Origin: Dehalococcoidia bacterium
GTDB lineage: Bacteria > Chloroflexota > Dehalococcoidia > Lucifugimonadales > VXLM01
DNA length: 64,000 nt
NCBI GenBank assembly: GCA_965232435.1
Contig: CBDDPU010000004.1
Location: 2,812,423 to 2,876,422 of the forward strand
Reading direction: 5' to 3'
Shown here: positions 35,122 through 44,163 of the stretch, piece by piece
Layout: each line of letters starts with the position of its first letter
How positions within the stretch are numbered: position 1 is the stretch's first letter
Made by a program: the position numbers and the translations under genes
The notes under the pieces: model-generated
What the model was told of the DNA's origin: nothing
What the model saw: only the letters and a program-made list of their open reading frames with translations
The model's database searches: none

Positions 35122-36021
35122 TCACGCCGGCCCTCCGCCGGTCATGATTCCGTCCAGCATCACCGCAACAAACAGCAGAGCCAGGTACAGTAGGGAATAG
35201 AGATACAGCGATTTTGTTCCTTCCGTATGTTCCGAGCGAAGGTGGACCGCCGCCAAGTAGATGAACCCGCCACCCAGCGCAAGAGCGGACGCGAGGTAGA
35301 TCAATCCGACCTCGCCCGTGGTGTAAAACATGAGCGAGAGCGCGAGGAGGAGCGCGGTGTACAACAGGATGTGCCGCTTCGTGTCCGGAACGCTGGTGAC
35401 GACCGGCAGCATGGGCACTCCCGCTCGCGCGTAATCATCCTTAATGAGGAGAGCAAGGGCCCAGAAATGCGGGGGAGTCCAGAAGAAGATGATGGCGAAC
35501 AAGTATACCGCGGGCAGCCCCACCGTGCCCGTCACCGCCGCCCATCCGACCATCGGGGGCACCGCCCCGGCCGCACCGCCGATGACGATGTTCTGCGGAG
35601 TCGCGCGCTTCAGCCCAATGGTGTAGACGAAGATGTAAATCAGGGTGCCGCTCAGCGTAAGGGCCGCGCTCAGCATGTTCACGAACACGCCGAGCAGCGC
35701 AAACGCGCCGACCGTGAGGGCAACCCCGAAGACCAGAGCCTGCCGGCGCGAGACCCTGCCGCTGGCCACCGGACGTCCCCGAGTGCGTCGCATTCTCTTG
35801 TCCAAATCACTCTCGATGAAGTGGTTCAAGGCATGTGCGCCCCCGGCCGCCAAATACCCGCAGACGATCACGAACGCCGCTATCGTCGGATCGGGGATCC
35901 CCTTGGCCGCCAGCACCATGCCTCCCACCGCCGTGACGAGCAGCAGCGAGATGATGCGAGGCTTGGTAAGCGCGATGTAATCGCGAACAATCCCGGACGA
36001 ACGGACGGCTTGGCCAATCAT
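35122..36021 (-). CDS. ctaB: protoheme IX farnesyltransferase (heme O synthase)
   Basis: YIALTKPRIISLLLVTAVGG, UbiA-type motifs. ATG at 36021 forms an ATGA overlap with the ctaA stop. The supplied longer ORF (to 36462) overlaps ctaA. Confidence 0.85.
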   Translation of the reverse strand: MIGQAVRSSGIVRDYIALTKPRIISLLLVTAVGGMVLAAKGIPDPTIAAFVIVCGYLAAGGAHALNHFIESDLDKRMRRTRGRPVASGRVSRRQALVFGVALTVGAFALLGVFVNMLSAALTLSGTLIYIFVYTIGLKRATPQNIVIGGAAGAVPPMVGWAAVTGTVGLPAVYLFAIIFFWTPPHFWALALLIKDDYARAGVPMLPVVTSVPDTKRHILLYTALLLALSLMFYTTGEVGLIYLASALALGGGFIYLAAVHLRSEHTEGTKSLYLYSLLYLALLFVAVMLDGIMTGGGPA

Positions 36022-36959
36022 CCGGCAGAGCTCTCGGCGCGCCATGAATGGACTCGAAACAGATCGGGTCGGAGATAGACCGCCGCCAGCAGGACCGCGG
36101 AGGCCCACATCAGCGTAGCCACTGTCAGATGAAGCGACTTCATCGTCGCGGTGAAGCCGAGCCATACCGTAAACGCCCCGACCAGCACCTCCGCGACAAA
36201 GAACCCCGCCATGAGAACGGTGAGCCACCGAAGCTCCGTATCGACAGAACCTCGCCGCCAGGCCGCGAAGCCGATTACCCCGACCATCACTGCGAGAAGA
36301 ACCGCCAAGTACCGGTGCCCCATGTGAATCTCGTATGCGATACCGTCCGGAATCCCCCAGCCTTGGCACAGCGGCCAGCTGCCGCAACTTGAACCGTAGC
36401 CCAAACCTACTACGAACGACCCGTAGAGAATCATGAGGAGAACACTGCCCAGGGTGCCCCACATGAGAATTCGGTCGAACTTCATCCTCGGTCTTTCCTT
36501 ACCTTCCGCAGAAGGATGCCGCTCCGGTTCTTCGCTCGACAGCCATGCGACTGCCATGCTGGCAACGACAAGCTCGGCCAAAGCCAGGTGGATCAGACGG
36601 ACCCACCACGTCAGTTCACTGAGAACCGTCAGACCTCCGAGGACGACCGCCGCGATGACCAAGACCGTCGCGGAGCTTGTGGAAATCAGCGCAGGACGGC
36701 TTCCGCGAAGGTGTCGCCACGCAAGATACAGGGCTGCAATCACCAGGAGTCCCACCACTGTCGCCGACAGCCGATGTCCATATTCCAACATCGTGTGGTA
36801 GTCCAAAGGGGGGATGAGCTGTCCGTGACACAGCGGCCAGTCGGGACAAGCGTCACCGGAGTTGGTCACCCGCACAATACCGCCGAGGGTAACCTGAGTA
36901 ATCACCGCAATGAGGCCAAGCAAAGCGACCGCACGAAATCTTGTCTGCGCGGTTGTCAT
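36018..36959 (-). CDS. ctaA: heme A synthase (COX15/CtaA)
   Basis: CPDWPLCHG motif, paired His-containing helices, second Cys pair CGSWPLC. Confidence 0.85.
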   Translation of the reverse strand: MTTAQTRFRAVALLGLIAVITQVTLGGIVRVTNSGDACPDWPLCHGQLIPPLDYHTMLEYGHRLSATVVGLLVIAALYLAWRHLRGSRPALISTSSATVLVIAAVVLGGLTVLSELTWWVRLIHLALAELVVASMAVAWLSSEEPERHPSAEGKERPRMKFDRILMWGTLGSVLLMILYGSFVVGLGYGSSCGSWPLCQGWGIPDGIAYEIHMGHRYLAVLLAVMVGVIGFAAWRRGSVDTELRWLTVLMAGFFVAEVLVGAFTVWLGFTATMKSLHLTVATLMWASAVLLAAVYLRPDLFRVHSWRAESSAG

Positions 36960-37020
36960 GCTGCGCTCTTCGGCAAATTGGCCGCTCCCAGAATGATTCG
37001 GGGCCTCTTCGGATAATTAA

Positions 37021-37049
37021 AATCTAGCACAGCCCCTATGCCCGGTCAA
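37021..37049 (-). promoter_or_regulatory. sigma70-like promoter TTGACC-N17-TAGATT for the ctaA-led cox operon
   Basis: Minus strand: ttgacc (37049-37044), 17-nt spacer, tagatt (37026-37021). It lies ~60 nt upstream of the ctaA ATG at 36959. Confidence 0.45.
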
Positions 37050-37123
37050 CGGAACCTCGTTTTGCTGCGTCGCTCGCGCCGCCATTCCCGCGGGTCTCCA
37101 CCGTCGTTCCCATGCCTCAAATT

Positions 37124-37152
37124 TTGACAAATAAGCACATATATGCTATATT
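37124..37152 (+). promoter_or_regulatory. orphan near-consensus sigma70 promoter TTGACA-N17-TATATT facing away from ctaA
   Basis: ttgaca 37124-37129, 17-nt spacer, tatatt 37147-37152, in an AT-rich patch. No plus-strand gene lies downstream. Confidence 0.4.
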
Positions 37153-37254
37153 GGCTATAAGTGCTCACCTACTACGCAACTTTACAATAACTAAAGGAAA
37201 AGCAATACAATGCGACTGGATGCGACAAATTCCGGAAAATAAGCGCCTCCCATC

Positions 37255-37313
37255 CCGTTCGTGGTGAGCCGGTCTAGCCAGCCCCTCATCATCATTCCCG
37301 CGAACGCGGGAAG
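37255..37313 (+). repeat. composite repeat: ccgttcgtggtgagcc unit plus GTCATTCC-family hairpin
   Basis: 37255-37270 is identical to 10770-10785. 37292-37313 reads tcattcccgcgaacgcgggaag, with palindromic arms ttcccgcg/cgcgggaa. Confidence 0.85.
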
Positions 37314-37362
37314 CCGGCAATCACTTCTCAGTATGGTATCGATATGCCGAAACCGTCCTTGC

Positions 37363-37662
37363 CTAAGACAGATACACCGAAATCCCCGCGTGAGGAAAGA
37401 ACACCTCAACATTCGCCTGACGTTCCCGCTGCATAGTCACTCGATAATCGACTCGATCAAGGTCGTCCGCGGGCAGCCGGTGCGGGCATAACTCTCGCCG
37501 CTCCTCATGAGGACACAAATGCATGTCCGCTCGGCGGTCCCAAAACCCTACGAGCTGCATGGGGTAGTACAGCGTCTCGGCAGCGGCGCGTAAATCGGCA
37601 ATGATCTCGCTGGCGCGGACACCCCCCTGCGTGTCAATGTGCACGACCACTTTGTCCATCAC
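37363..37662 (-). CDS. hypothetical protein (weak call)
   Basis: 99-aa ORF starting 8 nt after the thiL stop. No recognisable motif. Confidence 0.3.
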   Translation of the reverse strand: MMDKVVVHIDTQGGVRASEIIADLRAAAETLYYPMQLVGFWDRRADMHLCPHEERRELCPHRLPADDLDRVDYRVTMQRERQANVEVFFPHAGISVYLS

Positions 37663-37669
37663 GTCCGGA

Positions 37670-38719
37670 TCATCCGTTCCCGCGTTTCCGTCCGGCCGCG
37701 AAATGGTCCCAGCCGTCCCCTCTCGGCAAAACCGCGTTTCCGACGGCGTCCACCACGGTCACCCCGCGTGAGGCCTCGACGATTTCTCCAATGATCGTCA
37801 CCGGAATGTCGCCTGCCTCCAACTCGTCCCTAACCGCGTCCTCAGGGGCGGTGAACAGCAGCTCGTAATCCTCTCCCCCGCTCAGCGCCAGGGAAAGCCA
37901 ATCATCGCCAAACCGGGATCGCAGCGTGTCGCTCACCGGCAGGTCGGAAGCCCGAACGATCGCGCCCACTCCGGCGGCCTCGCACAGCTTGGCCAAATCC
38001 CCAGTCAGTCCGTCGCTAATATCGATGGCCGCCTTGATTCCCGCCCTCGTGAGTGCTTGCCCAACCGAAATGCGCGGCTCCGGGCGAAAGTGGGCCGCAT
38101 GAAGCCTGGCAGTTGAATCGTCGAAAGGCTCTCCCGCCAACGCCATCCGCAATCCTCCCGCCGAGTCACCGATACTGCCCGTCACGGCGATAACGTCTCC
38201 GACCTCGGCAGCGCTGCGAGTCAGAACCGCCCCTCGTCCGTCCCGGTCCGCGATACTCGCCCTCCCCTCCATCGACACGCTCACAAAAAAGACGGGCGAC
38301 CGAACGACGTCCCCGCCTACGACTCCGCCGCCATGGCTCCGGCACGCCTCCGCGATTCCACGGTACATCTCAACCAGCCCATCGACCGGCAGATCGTCGC
38401 GCAGACCGAGCGTGACTGCCGATATTCCGGGAAGGCAGCCCATGGCGGCTATATCGCTCAAATTGACCGCCATCGCCTTCCAGCCGAGGTCGCGCCAACC
38501 GGTCAGCGTGAGATCGAAATGGACGCCTTCCACCATCGCATCGGTCGAAAAGACGCGCGTGCCCGACTCGTCGTCCCACACTGCCGCGTCGTCTCCAATG
38601 CCTATTCGCAATCTCCATTCATCCGAGCAGGCGTCGCTCAAACCGTCCACGCCCTCATTGAGCAGGATTTCGGAGAGTAAGCCAATGAGGCGAAATTCAC
38701 CGGCGTCACGTACCAGCAT
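37670..38719 (-). CDS. thiL: thiamine-monophosphate kinase
   Basis: GEFRLIGLL..., IGDDAAVW and AIR-synthase-related fold motifs (GGDVV, SGGEDYELLFT). Confidence 0.85.
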   Translation of the reverse strand: MLVRDAGEFRLIGLLSEILLNEGVDGLSDACSDEWRLRIGIGDDAAVWDDESGTRVFSTDAMVEGVHFDLTLTGWRDLGWKAMAVNLSDIAAMGCLPGISAVTLGLRDDLPVDGLVEMYRGIAEACRSHGGGVVGGDVVRSPVFFVSVSMEGRASIADRDGRGAVLTRSAAEVGDVIAVTGSIGDSAGGLRMALAGEPFDDSTARLHAAHFRPEPRISVGQALTRAGIKAAIDISDGLTGDLAKLCEAAGVGAIVRASDLPVSDTLRSRFGDDWLSLALSGGEDYELLFTAPEDAVRDELEAGDIPVTIIGEIVEASRGVTVVDAVGNAVLPRGDGWDHFAAGRKRGNG

Positions 38720-38754
38720 AGCGGAGATCCCCCGTTCGCGTATCGCAGCTGGAT

Positions 38755-39330
38755 TCAGAACCCCACGCCGCTGACGCCCAGATGCTCCGACTCGAGGTTG
38801 CCTTGGCGCTTGAACCGTTTGGCCTTTTCGATATAGTGGTCGGCCGTAGACTCCATGAGCCTCCGATGGCGCGACTGAACCTCCCCGCGAACCCTTCCGG
38901 GGACACCGAGGGCCATCGTCCCGGGGGGCACCTTCATGTTCTCAATCAGCATCGCGCCCGAGGCGACAAGGCTGCCTTCTCCGATCTCGGCTCCGTCGTT
39001 GACAATCGAACCGTTCCCTATCAGCGCTCCGTCGCCCACCGTCTTCGCGTGGCACAGCACCCGGTGGCCGATGACCACCCGGTCGCCAATCCGCACGTCG
39101 GCGTCGCCGTGCACTACCGAATTATCTTGTACGCACGTAAACCGGCCAATGACGATCTTCCCGGCGTCCGCGCGGATTACCGCGCCCGGCCATATACTCG
39201 AACCCTCCCCGATCTCCACGTCCCCCACGATGTACGCCGTCTCGCTTATGAACGCCGTGGGGTGGATCTTCGGTGACTTTCCGTCCAAACTGCGTATCAT
39301 CATTCCTCCGGTGATATCACGTATAGCCAC
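38755..39330 (-). CDS. gamma-class carbonic anhydrase-like / hexapeptide-repeat (LbH) protein
   Basis: KIHPTAFISETAYIVGDVEIGEGSSIWPGAVIRAD..., with left-handed beta-helix hexapeptide periodicity. The start could instead be the Met pair at 39303/39300. Confidence 0.75.
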   Translation of the reverse strand: MAIRDITGGMMIRSLDGKSPKIHPTAFISETAYIVGDVEIGEGSSIWPGAVIRADAGKIVIGRFTCVQDNSVVHGDADVRIGDRVVIGHRVLCHAKTVGDGALIGNGSIVNDGAEIGEGSLVASGAMLIENMKVPPGTMALGVPGRVRGEVQSRHRRLMESTADHYIEKAKRFKRQGNLESEHLGVSGVGF

Positions 39331-39577
39331 TGCGCTTCAGGTAACGAAAGCCTTCGCCAATCGTTATATCGGCTAGAACCTTTAAGAATACTCTGTAGAA
39401 CCGCATCGCTTAAGCCGACCGAATGTTGAGAGACTCTCACCGTCATCCCCATGCACCCATGCATTAGGGGCTTATTTGGACGACTGCCGGCGCGGCGCGC
39501 AAACCTAAGCGTACACTAATCGCAGGTACGAAAGTCAACATATGGTATCCTCTATTCCACATCACGGAGAGCCGAAG

Positions 39578-40438
39578 ATGCAAAACTTGCCGTGCGCCGT
39601 CGCACTCGGCGCCACACTTGCCGCGCTCGTTCTCTTGACCGCGTGTGGCGGAACCTCGCCCGACCCGACACCGTCGGCAATTCCCCCCACGCCGACCGCG
39701 ACGGTTCCGACTCCCGAACCAACCGCCGCCGTATCGCAAGCCGACATCGAGAAGGCCGTTCAGCAGGCGATTGAGGAAAAGGGGAGCGATATCACCCCCG
39801 ACGACGTCGATCTCCCGTCGGGAGTCGACACCGATGCCGTGCGGGCACTGGTGGAGGAAGAACTCGCGCGGGCCGTGGAAGTCGCCGACGACGCCGAAGA
39901 AGAGGAAGAGGCATCCGATCCGGACGTTCTCTTTCGATATATGAACGCCGTCAACACACTCTATGCCGGCCAGAACGAAGAATCGATCTCCGCGTTCGAC
40001 CTGATCATTCGTGTCCACCCCGAAATGCCCAGAGCCTACTACTACCGAGGCGTGGCGTTCTATCGCTCCGAACAGAATGACTTGGCCCTGGCCGATTTTG
40101 AAAAGTCACTCGAACTGGATCCCGATTCGGGAGACACGTATCTCCAACGCGGCTTGCTCTACTATGACTCAGGAGATAAACAGGCCGCCTTCGACGACTT
40201 CAACAGCGCCATTGATCTCGCTCCCTGGCTCGCCGACGCCTACCGCAACCGCGGCGCCCTGCTCATCAATAACGGCCAAACCGCCCCGGGAAGGGCCGAT
40301 CTCGAACGAGCGCTCGAACTATACCTCTTCGAGCGCAACCGGGAACGAATCGACGAGGTGCGCGACTTGCTCGGCAACCCGCCCGATGGCCCGGTCGAAA
40401 TGTTCAAAGCCATCGACATTTTGCCCAGGCTGCCGTGA
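39578..40438 (+). CDS. TPR-repeat lipoprotein
   Basis: ATG at 39578 preceded by GGAG, lipobox LLTAC, Pro/Thr/Glu-rich linker. At least four TPR units (AYYYRGVAFYR..., DTYLQRGLLYY..., DAYRNRGALLI...). Confidence 0.7.
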   Translation: MQNLPCAVALGATLAALVLLTACGGTSPDPTPSAIPPTPTATVPTPEPTAAVSQADIEKAVQQAIEEKGSDITPDDVDLPSGVDTDAVRALVEEELARAVEVADDAEEEEEASDPDVLFRYMNAVNTLYAGQNEESISAFDLIIRVHPEMPRAYYYRGVAFYRSEQNDLALADFEKSLELDPDSGDTYLQRGLLYYDSGDKQAAFDDFNSAIDLAPWLADAYRNRGALLINNGQTAPGRADLERALELYLFERNRERIDEVRDLLGNPPDGPVEMFKAIDILPRLP

Positions 40439-41744
40439 ACCTCTCGCCTCTCGAAGCCTGGCGTGGCCCGTCCACCGCGCGATCGGAAATGCCGAACGCG
40501 CCCGCCGCACTTCGCATGTGCTTATACAGATGAAGTAACCCCTGCTGCCGACGCGCTCCGCGCGTGTCGATGTCGGGGGGGAGCAGACGCTTCATTTCCC
40601 GCGTGATCTCGTTGTCGCCAAGATTGGGCATCCGCCGATACGCTTCCATCGCCGCCTCCCGCAGATCACGGTCCCGCGCAATGCCGCCCCATGCGTACAA
40701 AAAGGGAAGCGCGACGTTGACAGCGATCTCCCGCGCTCGCGCCTCGCCGACATAGGGCGGAGCGATCAGCCGGCGAATGACCGGTCGAGGGGCTCCCTGC
40801 CGCGCCGCACCGGCCAGAGCCGATATGAAGCCCTCGTCGAAGGCGCGGTTCGTCAAAACCGCCGCGCCTTCGAGCCGCCGGAGGGGATGGTTGGCAGGTC
40901 TCACTCGAAAGACATTCCACGTCTCTTTGATCTCTTCAACCGACGGCAAACCTCTCAAAGCGTCTTGAAACCTCTCCGCCTCCTCCGGCCCCGCCGAGGA
41001 CATCAGCCGCGCCGCCGACACCAGGAGCGCGCGGATGCCCAGCAGGCGCGCATCCCCTGAGTGCCTCCCCAGGGCCGCACGAAGCCGCGCCATGGAAACG
41101 CTCGCCGCCAACGCCGAGAACGGCTTTCGATTGGAGGAATATCCAAGTGCTTCCATGATCCCGGCATACAGCGCCTGCTCGCCGTCGCCCGCCTCAATCT
41201 CCATGGAGTACCCGTCCGCCTTCGAGCGGAACCTGGCGTCCCCCGCTCGGTCAAGCCTCTGCTGAAGGGACGGGAGCGATTCGATCCGACTCGATTCGTA
41301 AGCAGGTTGGCTATCGAATTCCGCTTCTTGTGAGGGAAATCCCAGAGCCGCCACCGGAGTTTCCGCGCCCGATTCCAGTGTCGTCGTCGTTCGGGCCCCC
41401 GGCGCGAGGACAACGTGAAGGACAACCCCGTTGTAGTTTGGATCGACGTGGTGGCCGTGCGCGCTCCATCCACTCGCGCGGACGTGCACTTCAACGTCGC
41501 CCACAACGATTTCTCCGTCATCGGCGCTCAGCACGCAGTCCCGAAAGTCCGGGCCGGCCGCGCTGCTCCTTCTCCCGGGATACAAGACCCTGAGCCGCCT
41601 GCCGTCCTGCGTCACGAGTCCCGACGCGAGCTGATCGGCGTTCTGCCAAAGGCGCGCCACGGCCTCTTCGGGCCCGTGTCTCGGCTCGCCGATCCCGCCT
41701 CGATGAACGGCATCCCCTCGAATTATCGCAGTGCAAATGGTCAA
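40404..41744 (-). CDS. DUF2851-like protein
   Basis: GPDF...GDVEVHVRASGWSAHGHHVDPNYNGVVLHVVL resembles the DUF2851 signature (GPDF..G.VEIH...SDW..HGH..D..Y..VILHVV) as I remember it. Confidence 0.5.
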   Translation of the reverse strand: MTICTAIIRGDAVHRGGIGEPRHGPEEAVARLWQNADQLASGLVTQDGRRLRVLYPGRRSSAAGPDFRDCVLSADDGEIVVGDVEVHVRASGWSAHGHHVDPNYNGVVLHVVLAPGARTTTTLESGAETPVAALGFPSQEAEFDSQPAYESSRIESLPSLQQRLDRAGDARFRSKADGYSMEIEAGDGEQALYAGIMEALGYSSNRKPFSALAASVSMARLRAALGRHSGDARLLGIRALLVSAARLMSSAGPEEAERFQDALRGLPSVEEIKETWNVFRVRPANHPLRRLEGAAVLTNRAFDEGFISALAGAARQGAPRPVIRRLIAPPYVGEARAREIAVNVALPFLYAWGGIARDRDLREAAMEAYRRMPNLGDNEITREMKRLLPPDIDTRGARRQQGLLHLYKHMRSAAGAFGISDRAVDGPRQASRGERFTAAWAKCRWL

Positions 41745-42167
41745 CCTGGGTTATCTCCCTCTGGGGATTGTAGCACGATTTCCCTCTTTCTCCGGCCCGC
41801 GGGAGTTTTCCAACGTCTGCGGATCTCGTCGAGGCGATGCACGTATGAGAAACCGCTCGCGTCTCCGGTACGTAGTAGGGTGTGACCCCCTTCTCGAAAG
41901 GCGGTGTCCGGCCAAGGTGATGGGAGTGGAGGATTGACCGGACACCGTCTTTCTTGTGTCCGATCGAATGAGACGGATTCCCCCGGCGTTCAGCGCGGGC
42001 AACCGTGCGTCACATCAGGGAGACCCACTCACAAAGTCTCGCTCGATCATTCCCGCGCACGGAGACGCACGGAGATTCTTGCATAGCTCATTTGCAAGCT
42101 AGGGAAAGTCGCGATATCGCGGACTATGGGCGGAAACGAAGGCGGCTGAACCTTACTGGATTCTCGG

Positions 42168-42247
42168 ATTCTCGCGTGCGCGGGAATGAGCACAGACTCG
42201 GACACTAGGCGCGGACTGGGTAGCTGGATTCCCGCGTGCGCGGGAAT
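42168..42247 (+). repeat. two palindromic GTCATTCC-family cores 60 bp apart
   Basis: attctcgcgtgcgcgggaat (42168-42187) and the perfect palindrome attcccgcgtgcgcgggaat (42228-42247). A related degenerate copy tcattcccgcgcacgg lies at ~42047. Confidence 0.85.
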
Positions 42248-42320
42248 TGAGGGTTATGGAAAGGACTCCGAAAGCGGTAGTCCGCCGGCGGGGAACTCGG
42301 CTTGAAGAGTCTGAACCCGA

Positions 42321-42530
42321 CTAGGGACGACCCATTCGGAACCGGCGGTTGAACCGCTCCACTCGTCCTTCGGTGTCCACGATCCGCTGCTCACCCGTGA
42401 AGAACGGGTGGCACTCCTTGCAAATCTCAACGTGCAGTTCGGACTTGGTCGATCCCGTCGTGTAGGACTTGCCGCACGAGCAGTTGACTGTCGCGTTGGG
42501 GTAGTAGGTCGGATGAATATCGGCTTTCAT
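42321..42530 (-). CDS. rpmE: 50S ribosomal protein L31 (Cys-containing type A)
   Basis: [10 protein letters not shown]...CSCG...[10 protein letters not shown]. Confidence 0.9.
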   Translation of the reverse strand: MKADIHPTYYPNATVNCSCGKSYTTGSTKSELHVEICKECHPFFTGEQRIVDTEGRVERFNRRFRMGRP

Positions 42531-42541
42531 GGAATATCCCT

Positions 42542-42799
42542 TCAGGAAATCGGATAGACGCTGGCCCGCTTCTTGTCCCGTCTCGCCTGCTCGAACTTGA
42601 CCGCGCCGTCGATCAGGGCGTACAGCGTGTGGTCCTTCCCGACGCCGACGTTGCTTCCGGCCTCGATCTTTGTGCCCCGCTGTCGGACGATAATGCTGCC
42701 CGCGCTCACAAACTCCGTGTCGTAACGCTTCACGCCCAGGCGCTGGCCCTGGCTGTCTCTGCCGTTTCGCGTGCTCCCGCCGCCCTTCTTATGAGCCAT
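42542..42799 (-). CDS. rpmA: 50S ribosomal protein L27
   Basis: [24 protein letters not shown]. Confidence 0.95.
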   Translation of the reverse strand: MAHKKGGGSTRNGRDSQGQRLGVKRYDTEFVSAGSIIVRQRGTKIEAGSNVGVGKDHTLYALIDGAVKFEQARRDKKRASVYPIS

Positions 42800-43391
42800 G
42801 CTTGTCCTCCTTCACTTCGTCCTTGTCGACCGGCTCGGCAACCGATTCGGGTTCATCCGGCGTTTCATCCACCACATCGTCGTTCGCTTCAGTCACGGGT
42901 CCACCGTCCGCGGCATCATCTTCCGTCTCCCGCGCCAGCTGCTCCGTCACGCTCTCCTCGACCACGACGGCTTCGTCGGCAGACGCATCCGCGGCTTCTT
43001 CCGGTTCGACGGACGCAACCTCCCGTTCTTCAACCGCATCCAAAGATTCACCGCCGACTGAGATGTCGATAATCCGCAGGTCGGTATACTTTTGGCGGTG
43101 CCCCTTGGTCCGGCGATACCGCACCTTCGACTTATACTTGAAGACGGTGATCTTCCGTCCTCGACCGCGAGACGTCACCTGGGCACGAACCCTCGCCCCT
43201 GTCACATTCGGCGTGCCGAGCGTCACGTCGCCGTCTCGCGAGACCATCAGAACGTCATCTATGTTCACGATCTCTCCCGCGTACACCGGCAGCGATTCAA
43301 CGCGGATGCTGTCCCCCGCCTGAACTCGGTACTGCTTGCTGCCCGTTTGCACAATCGCATACGTATTCAACGAATCACGTACTCCAATCAC
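42789..43391 (-). CDS. rplU: 50S ribosomal protein L21 with ~95-aa acidic C-terminal extension
   Basis: [22 protein letters not shown]...[23 protein letters not shown] core, followed by an Asp/Glu/Ala/Val-rich tail. Confidence 0.85.
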   Translation of the reverse strand: MIGVRDSLNTYAIVQTGSKQYRVQAGDSIRVESLPVYAGEIVNIDDVLMVSRDGDVTLGTPNVTGARVRAQVTSRGRGRKITVFKYKSKVRYRRTKGHRQKYTDLRIIDISVGGESLDAVEEREVASVEPEEAADASADEAVVVEESVTEQLARETEDDAADGGPVTEANDDVVDETPDEPESVAEPVDKDEVKEDKHGS

Positions 43392-43399
43392 AAAGACAA

Positions 43400-43425
43400 G
43401 GGCCGCCTAAGTCCGAACGCGGCCC
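43400..43425 (-). other. GC-rich stem-loop immediately upstream of rplU (possible leader structure)
   Basis: gggccgc (43400-43406) pairs with gcggccc (43419-43425) around a 12-nt loop. On the minus strand it is followed by ttgtctttgtg and then the rplU start. Confidence 0.3.
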
Positions 43426-43548
43426 GAAAAATTCAGTATATCACAGGCCGAACCCTTGAGGCCCTCCTTGGGCGCCCTCGTATCCGGAGACGAGCGCTCC
43501 TCACTTTTAAGAAGTGGATACCCGCCTTTCGGAGACTTTCGCAAAATC

Positions 43549-43574
43549 GTCATTCCGGCGAAGATCCGGAAATG
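43549..43574 (+). repeat. GTCATTCC-family hairpin repeat
   Basis: gtcattccggcgaagatccggaaatg. Confidence 0.8.
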
Positions 43575-43965
43575 TCGAGCACGGCGTTGATGCTGCCCTT
43601 AATCTCACCTCTTGCCCGGCTTGGCGATAAATTACACCAGAGTTTCCCTTCGCGAGTATGACGATGCGCCGCATGAGCGAGGGTTTCCGAACGGACCCGG
43701 CTCGCCTGCGATCCGGCTTACCCACCATCGCAGTATTCGGGGAGACGGTAACCGTCTACACGCAACCGCTTCTTTAATCCCTCTCAAGGGGGGCGGAAGA
43801 TACGAACCGCAGGGTTGAAGGGCGGCGAAGAACTGTCTACGCGAAACTCGGGGCCTCAATAGAGCGGCGTCGGGACGTTCCAAATGGCGCTTCCCGAGTT
43901 ATCGGCCCCTTCAAACCGTCGCGGCCTGAAGGGGATCACACAGAAATCGTGGTTGAAAGCGTACG

Positions 43966-44163
43966 CTAGCTCTCTTCTTCGATTCCGTCCGCCCGCAACT
44001 TATCGGCCTCCGCCGCGCTCAAGATACGAAACACCGACGTGTCGGGGTCCTCGTCGGCCACCCCGCGCACTGCAGGACGCCCGTTCTTCAGTATCACCAG
44101 CTTGGGGTCTCGTATCACGACATTCTTTCGAAGTTTGAACGAGTACGCGGTCAGTTCGGCCAT
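43966..44163 (-). CDS. small DUF5679-like protein lacking the zinc-ribbon cysteines
   Basis: ATG at 44163 preceded by AGGAGAG. MAELTAYSFKLRKNVVIRDPKLVILKNGRPAVRGVADEDPDTSVFRIL resembles the remembered pattern AYCVKC+.K......V.LKNGRPA..G.CP.CGTK.FRI, but with no Cys. Confidence 0.4.
   Translation of the reverse strand: MAELTAYSFKLRKNVVIRDPKLVILKNGRPAVRGVADEDPDTSVFRILSAAEADKLRADGIEEES

Noticed and set aside
42168-42247. Two near-identical 20-nt palindromes spaced 60 bp apart, considered as a mini-CRISPR array.
   Set aside because: There are only two units, the units belong to the dispersed GTCATTCC family seen all over the window, and no cas genes or leader are present.
43600-43760. ...gatccggcttaccc..., reminiscent of the conserved CCCGGCUUA segment near the 3' end of RNase P RNA.
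   Set aside because: The obligatory GAGGAAAGUCCGGGC (P4) element and other conserved regions were not found within 400 nt on that strand. The isolated similarity is too short.
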